Part shown: positions 19,413 through 25,857 of the stretch, piece after piece
Layout of the letters: each line of letters opens with the position of its first letter
Numbering within the stretch: position 1 is the first letter of the stretch
From: Candidatus Zixiibacteriota bacterium
Lineage (GTDB): Bacteria > Zixibacteria > MSB-5A5 > SM1-73
Direction: 5' to 3'
Assembly: GCA_029933635.1 (NCBI GenBank)
Contig: JAOZNS010000001.1
Coordinates: forward strand, 1 to 37,884
DNA length: 37,884 bases
Made by a program: the position numbers and the translations under genes
Notes under the pieces: model-generated
Seen by the model: the letters and a program-made list of their open reading frames with translations, nothing else
The model's database searches: none
Told to the model about the DNA's origin: nothing

Positions 19413-19820
19413 TTACCTATCAGGATACTTAATGGCAATAGCTCCCTGAGGGCATCGTTTCACACAGGCTAAGCAGGCGATACACTTTTTCGTATCAATC
19501 TTGGCTAACCCCTCGACTGCGATTGCTCCCACGGGACAAACTTCATAACAAAGCCCACAACCTGTGCATTCCTCTTCGTCTACGACGGCCGTGGCTTCAC
19601 CCCGAAACCTTTGGGAGCCAATTCCCTTTTGATCACCAATCTTCTGCCTGATTTCTTCCAACCGCCGGGAAATAATCTTGACCCGCTGTTTTAAAAGCTC
19701 TAATTCCCCTTCCGGAGTCAACGGGGAAAAATCGGTAGGAGGTGGGTGCTCCGTTCCTCTCCAGTTCACGAATCTGTCCCTTCTTCCCCGCCCTGATCGA
19801 AAACGATCATCTCTTCTCAT
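19413..19820 (-). CDS. 2x[4Fe-4S] ferredoxin-domain protein with an Arg-rich / coiled-coil N-terminal region
   Basis: 'CTGCGLCYEVCP' and 'CIACLACVKRCP'. N-terminal 'RRDDRFRSGRGRRDRF' followed by the coil 'ELELLKQRVKIISRRLEEIRQKI'. The start is uncertain: ATG 19820 avoids overlap with the FmdB-like gene, while the track start at 19940 would overlap it by about 100 nt. Confidence 0.65.
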   Translation of the reverse strand: MRRDDRFRSGRGRRDRFVNWRGTEHPPPTDFSPLTPEGELELLKQRVKIISRRLEEIRQKIGDQKGIGSQRFRGEATAVVDEEECTGCGLCYEVCPVGAIAVEGLAKIDTKKCIACLACVKRCPQGAIAIKYPDR

Positions 19821-19842
19821 TTTTCCACTCTTTTTCGAACGG

Positions 19843-20091
19843 TTATCTATCTCTTCTGCAGACTCCATCGTCTGAACAAGGAGGCGTGGAGCATCGCTCC
19901 TCCCGTCCACAGCAGGTGGTTCCTCCAGTGGAGGAACCACCCATGATAATGGAACCTGGAGAGGAGATCAGTCTTTTCACCTTGGTGGAGCCACATTCGG
20001 GGCAGGCTGGATGTTCCCTTCGTGTAGAGCTTCTCTGAAGGACTTCGATCACCTTTCCGCAATTTTCACATCGATATTCATATATAGGCAT
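19843..20091 (-). CDS. FmdB-family zinc-ribbon protein with a Cys-rich C-terminal tail
   Basis: Hallmark 'MPIYEYRCENCG...CPECGS'. The tail 'TTCCGREERCSTPPCSDDGVC' follows. GGAGA SD upstream. Confidence 0.8.
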   Translation of the reverse strand: MPIYEYRCENCGKVIEVLQRSSTRREHPACPECGSTKVKRLISSPGSIIMGGSSTGGTTCCGREERCSTPPCSDDGVCRRDR

Positions 20092-20187
20092 ACATCGATC
20101 TCCTTCTCATTCCCATATGAACGAGGTTTTTCAGATCTCAGGTATGAATTCAAGATTGGGAATTGCCAAAATCTTGATTTTGAGGTT

Positions 20188-20418
20188 TTATTCTCTTACC
20201 ATTTTGGTTCCGCACTCAGGACAGGTCATATCATAACAGGGGGTGCCTCTTGGATGAGGAACTTTTGCTCCGCATGAGGGACACACACAGTTTCCCCCAG
20301 GTCCAGCTCCGGGGCGGTTGCCACCCATTCTGCCTCTGCCTGCTCCACGTCCCATTCCCATACCTCTTCCGGTTCCGGGTCCCTGACCCAAAGGTCCTGT
20401 TCCATTTCCCCTTGGCAT
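20188..20418 (-). CDS. Small protein with a DUF5320-like N-terminal motif, an RG-rich linker and a C-terminal zinc ribbon
   Basis: ATG 20418 is preceded by AAAGGAGAG. 'MPRGNGTGPLGQGPGTGRGMG', then 'GRGAGRGRMGG', then 'CVCPSCG...CPECG'. Confidence 0.65.
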   Translation of the reverse strand: MPRGNGTGPLGQGPGTGRGMGMGRGAGRGRMGGNRPGAGPGGNCVCPSCGAKVPHPRGTPCYDMTCPECGTKMVRE

Positions 20419-20450
20419 TTTTTCATCTCTCCTTTCACAAAGTTTTGTGA

Positions 20451-20852
20451 TCAAACGGATTTGTCATGATGGTGCTCCCCATGATCACATTCGTTCTTCT
20501 CAACTCCATAACCTCTACCTGAGCCGGGCTTACACAAGCTTTCTCCACCTTCCAGCGTCCCGGAAATCAGCTTTTCTATCACCTCACTGATCCGTCCGGT
20601 AACTCCTACCACGGTCTGAATTCCTTTTTCAGCAAATAGAGCCTCAGCTCGTCTTCCTATTCCGCCAGCTATAAGACATTCTACTCCTTTTTGGACAAGA
20701 TACTGAGGAAGAAATCCCGGCTGATGTCCGGGATTTTGCACCAGCTCTTTGCTCAGGATGTTCTCCCCCTCTATCTCCACGATGGTAAAGGTTGGACAAC
20801 GACCGAAATGAGGGGATACATAATCGCCATCTGTTGAGATCGCCACCTTCAT
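20451..20852 (-). CDS. NifX/NifB-C-terminal-like (dinitrogenase FeMo-cofactor-binding fold) protein with a Cys/His-rich tail
   Basis: 'MKVAISTDGDYVSPHFGRCPTFTIVEI' and 'CLIAGGIGRRA' are typical of the Nitro_FeMo-Co domain. The tail is 'CKPGSGRGYGVEKNECDHGEHHHD'. Confidence 0.85.
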   Translation of the reverse strand: MKVAISTDGDYVSPHFGRCPTFTIVEIEGENILSKELVQNPGHQPGFLPQYLVQKGVECLIAGGIGRRAEALFAEKGIQTVVGVTGRISEVIEKLISGTLEGGESLCKPGSGRGYGVEKNECDHGEHHHDKSV

Positions 20853-20867
20853 GTTCCTGCTCCTTTT

Positions 20868-21248
20868 TTAATTTTGACCACCCTGTCTTAACCCGAAATG
20901 CCCGGGCACCGAAGAGTTAGATAGCTCCTTCAGCTCCCCAGCCTTATATTTTGCTAAAGTCTCCTTGACGGTTCCGGAGGCACCCTGATATATCCTTATG
21001 TTGGCGGCTTTTAGCGTCTGGAAGGCATTGGGTCCCACATTTCCAGTTATCACTGCCACTGCACCTTTGTTAGAAATGGTTTGTGCCGCCTGAGGACCAG
21101 CACCGCCCATGGCACTTGTGGCTGGATTTAAAACCGCTTCAAATTTCTCTGTTTCCGGATCAATGATGATAAAGTAGGTGCATCTACCGAAACGAGGATC
21201 AACCAAAGCTTCAAGGTTATCTCCCTGAGAGGTTATGGCTACCTTCAC
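20868..21248 (-). CDS. NifX/NifB-C-terminal-like (FeMo-cofactor-binding fold) protein
   Basis: 'VKVAITSQGDNLEALVDPRFGRCTYFIIID' and 'VITGNVGPNAFQTL'. GTG 21248 with AAAGGGGA upstream is preferred over the longer track start at 21287. Confidence 0.8.
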   Translation of the reverse strand: MKVAITSQGDNLEALVDPRFGRCTYFIIIDPETEKFEAVLNPATSAMGGAGPQAAQTISNKGAVAVITGNVGPNAFQTLKAANIRIYQGASGTVKETLAKYKAGELKELSNSSVPGHFGLRQGGQN

Positions 21249-21269
21249 GATTTCCCCTTTCTTTTTTGC

Positions 21270-21306
21270 AAAGGGAGGAAGAAACAACTATTTTCTTCCT
21301 CCCTTT
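21270..21306. promoter_or_regulatory. Perfect 15-bp stem / 7-nt loop hairpin between two cistrons
   Basis: AAAGGGAGGAAGAAA (21270-21284), CAACTAT, TTTCTTCCTCCCTTT (21292-21306). The T-run follows on the + strand only, which is antisense to the genes. Confidence 0.7.
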
Positions 21307-21311
21307 TTGAC

Positions 21312-21713
21312 TTACTTTTTCTTCCCCTCCTTTTCCAGCTCACCTATTCGCTCCTGGATGGCTTCTATTTCCCTTTCCAGAGCGGCGAGCTCATCCTGGA
21401 GGAACTTCTTCTCTTCTTCGACGGAGGGCTTGGTGTATGGAGGAGCAGGATAGTAGGTGGAAGGATGATAGGGGTAAACCGGAGCATAGCCAGGAAAGCC
21501 ATATGCTCGGGTTCTCCACCACCATCCACGCCCTCCTCCAAAAGTTCGCCCTCTTCCCCCACCCCAGGGAAAGCCTCCCCTGCCCACTCCAAACCAGCCC
21601 CAACCAGGAGCAGGATTAAGATATCCGGGAACAGGATATCCTACGCAAAATCCTGCAGCTCTTCCGGTCATGGGTCCCAAACCCAAAGGACCGGTTCTGT
21701 CTCCAAATGGCAT
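21312..21713 (-). CDS. DUF5320-family protein (G/R/W/Y/P-rich low-complexity centre, C-terminal coiled coil)
   Basis: ATG 21713 is preceded by AGGAGGTGA. 'MPFGDRTGPLGLGPMTGRAAGFC', 'GGGRGRTFGGGRGWWW', and the coil 'LQDELAALEREIEAIQERIGELEK'. Confidence 0.75.
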   Translation of the reverse strand: MPFGDRTGPLGLGPMTGRAAGFCVGYPVPGYLNPAPGWGWFGVGRGGFPWGGGRGRTFGGGRGWWWRTRAYGFPGYAPVYPYHPSTYYPAPPYTKPSVEEEKKFLQDELAALEREIEAIQERIGELEKEGKKK

Positions 21714-21714
21714 A

Positions 21715-22548
21715 TCAGTCACCTCCTTTCACTTTAGAAACTTCCTTTGAGTTCAAAATCTTTACAATCTGATCTATCATCTGGTTGAAAATCTTGCCTA
21801 CCTCCGAATCCTTTTGTTCCCAGATAAAAGGTTTACCCTCATCTCCAGATAAAACTATCTGTGGATCAAAAGGGACTTTGCCCAAAAAGGGGACTTTCAT
21901 CTCCTTGGCCGCCTTTTCCCCTCCGCCAGTTTTAAAAAGATCCGTTCTTTTACCACAATGAGGACAGGTAAAGCCACTCATGTTCTCCACAATGCCAAGA
22001 ACTGGAACGTTAAGCTTCCGTGCAAAGTTGACCGCCTTACGGGAATCCAGCAATGCCACCTCCTGAGGAGTGGTCACGATGATGACCCCGTCAATATCTT
22101 TTATCAATTGAGCGATAGATAACGGCTCATCTCCGGTTCCGGGAGGAGAGTCGATTATCAGAAAGTCAAGCTCTCCCCACTCCACCTCCTCCAAAAATTG
22201 TTTGATGGCTCCCATCTTTAAAGGACCTCGCCATATCACCGGGCTCTGGTTATCTTTAAGAAGAAATCCCATAGATACCACTTTCAAATTAAAGGCATAA
22301 AGTGCTGGCTGAATCTTTTTACCATCCCCCACCAAAGCCATCTGTTCGATCCCAAGCATTTTAGGAATGGAGGGACCATGCACATCTACGTCCAGAAGCC
22401 CCACCCCCATACCCTTGTGAAGCAGTCCCAATGCTAAGTTTACTGCAATGGTGCTTTTCCCCACCCCACCTTTGTTGCTCATCACCAATATCTTGTGATG
22501 GATATTTTGAATGTTTTCACTTAAGTTTGTTTTTTCCTTAGGTTCCAT
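21715..22548 (-). CDS. Mrp/NBP35/ApbC-family ATP-binding Fe-S cluster carrier
   Basis: '[16 protein letters not shown]', 'DSPPGTGDE' and the CxxC motif 'CPHCG'. ATG 22548 avoids overlap with the DUF134 gene. The track start is 22620. Confidence 0.9.
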   Translation of the reverse strand: MEPKEKTNLSENIQNIHHKILVMSNKGGVGKSTIAVNLALGLLHKGMGVGLLDVDVHGPSIPKMLGIEQMALVGDGKKIQPALYAFNLKVVSMGFLLKDNQSPVIWRGPLKMGAIKQFLEEVEWGELDFLIIDSPPGTGDEPLSIAQLIKDIDGVIIVTTPQEVALLDSRKAVNFARKLNVPVLGIVENMSGFTCPHCGKRTDLFKTGGGEKAAKEMKVPFLGKVPFDPQIVLSGDEGKPFIWEQKDSEVGKIFNQMIDQIVKILNSKEVSKVKGGD

Positions 22549-22580
22549 TACATCCTCTCTTGTTGAACTTCCCTGTTTTG

Positions 22581-23048
22581 TCACCTTCTTCCGCCTCTGT
22601 GGCATCTTCCTCGTCTCCAACCTCCGCGCAGAACATAACCTCTATCCCAGCCGATCGGATGAATTCTTATGCTTTCGCAGGACGGACAAACCTGTGGCAT
22701 GGGAACGCCGGGAGAAAGCTCCCATCTGTAACCGCAATCATCGCATATGTGTGGTCCTGCCATAAGGAAATCGCCCCCCTCTATTTTGATGGCTTTGGCA
22801 TTGATTAAAGCATCTGCAACCTTTCTTCTGGCTAAAGCCACAATTCTCCCAAAGGTGGCTCGGGAAACGTTCATTCTATCTGCGGCCTCCTCTTGCTGAA
22901 GCCCCTCCAGATCAGCCAGCCGTATGGCTTCGTGTTCGTCCACGGTCAGGACAATTTCTTCCAGAACCGCCAAAGGGACACCTCTTGGTTTAAAATACGT
23001 TGAGCTTGGTTGAGCCATCACCCAACGCCATCTTCTCGGTCTGGGCAT
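22581..23048 (-). CDS. DUF134 (UPF0251) predicted DNA-binding protein with a C-terminal zinc ribbon and an RG-rich tail
   Basis: 'FKPRGVPL...[48 protein letters not shown]' (sigma70-region-4-like HTH). Also 'CDDCG...CPSC' and the tail '[15 protein letters not shown]'. GGAGG SD 7 nt upstream. Confidence 0.8.
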   Translation of the reverse strand: MPRPRRWRWVMAQPSSTYFKPRGVPLAVLEEIVLTVDEHEAIRLADLEGLQQEEAADRMNVSRATFGRIVALARRKVADALINAKAIKIEGGDFLMAGPHICDDCGYRWELSPGVPMPQVCPSCESIRIHPIGWDRGYVLRGGWRRGRCHRGGRR

Positions 23049-23069
23049 TTAGGTGCCTCCAAAGGGTTT

Positions 23070-23083
23070 TGAGCATATGCTCA
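23070..23083. promoter_or_regulatory. Perfect 14-bp palindrome TGAGCATATGCTCA, a candidate operator upstream of the DUF134-led cluster
   Basis: Read directly from the sequence. It lies 9 nt upstream of the SD of the DUF134 gene. A possible TTAACA-N17-TATGAG promoter on the - strand overlaps it. Confidence 0.5.
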
Positions 23084-23259
23084 TAACTATTTACGGCATT
23101 GGTGTTAAAATATTTAGCTTTTATGAAAGATTTTTATTTTTTTCTTAATTGGTTGAAAAGGAAGGACAAAGGAGAGATAAATTTATACCCCCATAAGGGG
23201 TGAATAAACCATCAATGGCCCAAGGCTTTCAGCCCTGTCAGGGGAGATTTTGACAGCCA

Positions 23260-23850
23260 CTAAAATTCCACTCTTCCTTCGAGGGCGCTTGCCAGGGTAG
23301 TCTGGTCGGCATATTCCAAGTCACCCCCTGCAGGGAGTCCTCGAGCGATACGGGTGACTTTTATTTCTAAGGGTTTTATCAATTTGGCTAAGTATAAAGC
23401 GGTTGCCTCTCCCTCGGTGCTGGGATTGGTGGCAATTATCACCTCTTTTATCTGCGTGTCTTTTAATCTTGCAAGAAGTTCTTTTACTTTGAGATCATCC
23501 GGACCAATGCCGTCTAAGGGGGAAATAACTCCGCCCAGAACGTGATACAAGCCCTTATACTGGTTGGTCTTCTCTAACGCCATCACGTCATTTGCTTCTT
23601 CGACCACACATATCATGGATCTGTCTCTTTTTTCATCTTTACATATCGAACAAGGATCCTCCTCGGTGATGTTAAAACAGACCGAACAATATCGCACCTT
23701 GCTTTTAACATCCAATATGGCTTGAGCCAAAGCTTCCGATTCTTCCCTTCTCTGTTTCAAGACAAAGAATGCCATCCTCTGGGCGGTTTTTTTGCCAATT
23801 CCCGGAAACTTGGAGAACTCTTCAACTAGTTTCTCTAATGAATCGACCAT
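23260..23850 (-). CDS. recR: Recombination protein RecR
   Basis: '[17 protein letters not shown]' (HhH), Zn finger '[16 protein letters not shown]', and Toprim '[12 protein letters not shown]'. Confidence 0.95.
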   Translation of the reverse strand: MVDSLEKLVEEFSKFPGIGKKTAQRMAFFVLKQRREESEALAQAILDVKSKVRYCSVCFNITEEDPCSICKDEKRDRSMICVVEEANDVMALEKTNQYKGLYHVLGGVISPLDGIGPDDLKVKELLARLKDTQIKEVIIATNPSTEGEATALYLAKLIKPLEIKVTRIARGLPAGGDLEYADQTTLASALEGRVEF

Positions 23851-23908
23851 TACTATTATCCGAAATAGAAGATAAATTGCTTAGCTAAAGGTCTTCCTGA
23901 CTCTTCTC

Positions 23909-24463
23909 TCAATCAACATCTATAAGTATCACCTTGATCGGGACACTTGGGAAGTGCCTGCGTAGCCTTTCTATATCCCATATCAATTGTTCTCCATAGG
24001 ATACTCCAGTTGACATCTGATTCTTAAGGGCATAGCAAGGAACAATCTCCACCCCTACCTCGGCCTGACTCTCATTAAAAAAATATTGAAATTTTGCTAC
24101 GTCATAAAACATAAATGCATATTTTCCAAATTGTACTTCAACTAATATCCTTTCTTTCACATAATCAATTTGTTTAAACACCCCTTTTATCTCAACTTTG
24201 TATTTTTCAGACTTCACCGAAATAGTATAAGGATCTTTTAATTCTTTATAACCTCTTTTTCGAAATTCTTCTTTGAATCTTCTGTTCAATTCTTTGGGGG
24301 AATAGAGTAATTGTCCTTTTTTGGTTTTTTCTTTGCTAACTTTTGTCTTACTTGGAACTTTCACAGAAGAGATGATGTTATTTATTTCGTTTTCGATATG
24401 AGGATATCTTACTCTCAAAATTTCTAAACCCCCTAAATGTGAATATTCATATACTTTTCTCAT
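23909..24463 (-). CDS. Type II restriction endonuclease, BglII/BstYI-like fold
   Basis: 'QIDYVKERILVEVQFGKYAFMFYDV' matches the BglII catalytic D-x9-E-V-Q-F segment as I recall it. The flanking similarity is colinear. The ATG shares 1 nt with the methylase stop (TGATG). Confidence 0.7.
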   Translation of the reverse strand: MRKVYEYSHLGGLEILRVRYPHIENEINNIISSVKVPSKTKVSKEKTKKGQLLYSPKELNRRFKEEFRKRGYKELKDPYTISVKSEKYKVEIKGVFKQIDYVKERILVEVQFGKYAFMFYDVAKFQYFFNESQAEVGVEIVPCYALKNQMSTGVSYGEQLIWDIERLRRHFPSVPIKVILIDVD

Positions 24464-25368
24464 CAACTATCCTTTATATAACATCCCTTTACAAAAAGTG
24501 GAAGAGCGATTCTCTTTTTAGGTGGCTCATATATGGGTTTTCCCATAGGGCGAATTTTGAGTTTTCCTCTCGTAAGTTTGCAAATACGTTCTTCGGCAAT
24601 TTTTACATATTCTCTCACAATTTCTGATCCAGCGGTTTTCCTTTTATGTAGAATCGCTGCGATAGCGGTGGAACCAACTCCCATAAATGGATCAATTACC
24701 CAATCCCCAGGATTTGTTAATGCTAATATCAATCGCTCAATAAGCTCAACGGGGAACTGGCAAGGATGGATAGTCTTTTCAGGATGATTACTTTTTACAT
24801 TAGGAATTTCCCACACATCCGTTGGATTTTTACCCAGTGGATTACATGATAATTGACCCTTCTTAGGCCCTTTAAAGTATTTCTTCTGAGGATATTTAGG
24901 GGGAATCCTAACTGCATCTAAATTAAATATATAATCGTCCGTTTTTGTAAACCATAGAATCGTTTCATACCTTCCGGAAAAACGTTTAGTGCAGTGGAGT
25001 CCATGACCAAAATGCCAAATGATTCTATTGCGAAGTTTTAATCCGAGGGATCGAAATATCGGAAATAGAAGGATATCAAGTGGGATTATCTCTCCCTTAT
25101 TAATATAGTTGCCAATTTGCCAGCATATGCTTCCGCAATTTGCTAGTACCCTGATACATTCAGCGATTACCTGTTTCTGCTGATCAAGGTATACTTCAAG
25201 CTTTAAACGTTTCTCATATGGCTTCCCAATATTGTAAGGTGGAGAGGTAACGATAAGATTCGCCATTTTCGATGGCAATTTTCGAAGAAGTTGTAAGCAA
25301 TCCCCATGATATAAGATCACGTCGGAATCTAAGTCAAATGTTTTTGCTAATCTAATATCAAAAATCAT
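24463..25368 (-). CDS. Beta-class N4-cytosine/N6-adenine DNA methyltransferase (N6_N4_Mtase family)
   Basis: Motif IV 'IVTSPPYNIG' lies near the N-terminus and motif I 'DPFMGVGSTAIAA' near the C-terminus. SPPY is more typical of m4C enzymes. Confidence 0.9.
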   Translation of the reverse strand: MIFDIRLAKTFDLDSDVILYHGDCLQLLRKLPSKMANLIVTSPPYNIGKPYEKRLKLEVYLDQQKQVIAECIRVLANCGSICWQIGNYINKGEIIPLDILLFPIFRSLGLKLRNRIIWHFGHGLHCTKRFSGRYETILWFTKTDDYIFNLDAVRIPPKYPQKKYFKGPKKGQLSCNPLGKNPTDVWEIPNVKSNHPEKTIHPCQFPVELIERLILALTNPGDWVIDPFMGVGSTAIAAILHKRKTAGSEIVREYVKIAEERICKLTRGKLKIRPMGKPIYEPPKKRIALPLFVKGCYIKDS

Positions 25369-25481
25369 TTTTACTGATTTAAAATTTGGCTAAGATTTAT
25401 TAAACTAAGAAAATACTTGTTTCAATCTTTTTTCTTAGAAATTGAAATGCTAAGAATTTTATGATTTTCTTCAGAAGGGTT

Positions 25482-25799
25482 TTAAAACGGCAGTCCCGGT
25501 ATCTTCAATCCTCCGGTAAGTTTTGCCATATCCTCCGCTTGCAGTTCCTGAGCCTTCTCCCTTGCCTGGTTTACCGCGGCTACGATTAGATCCTCCAGCA
25601 TCTCCACATCATCCTTGTTGATCACCTCCGGATCGATTTTTACCTCTAAGATCTCCTGCTTTCCATTGGCAACCACCTTCACCATGCCTCCACCTGCTGT
25701 TCCCTCCACCGTCTTGTTTGCCAGCTCCTCTTGGATTTTCTCCATCTCCTGCTGTATCTTCTGCATCTGCTTCATTATGTTACCAAAACCTTTGGGCAT
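25482..25799 (-). CDS. ybaB: Nucleoid-associated protein YbaB/EbfC
   Basis: 105 aa. '[18 protein letters not shown]...GGGMVKV..NG' is a typical family sequence, and the gene sits after dnaX. Confidence 0.92.
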   Translation of the reverse strand: MPKGFGNIMKQMQKIQQEMEKIQEELANKTVEGTAGGGMVKVVANGKQEILEVKIDPEVINKDDVEMLEDLIVAAVNQAREKAQELQAEDMAKLTGGLKIPGLPF

Positions 25800-25857
25800 C
25801 TTTTTCTCCTTTTATGCTAAGTGTGATAAGACCTCAAGTTTAATCATCAATTTTTTA

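Noticed and set aside
20451-21248. NifX/NifB-like domain genes as evidence for nitrogen fixation.
   Set aside because: No nifH, nifD, nifK, nifE, nifN or bona fide nifB is present in the window. These small stand-alone domains occur widely in non-diazotrophic anaerobes.
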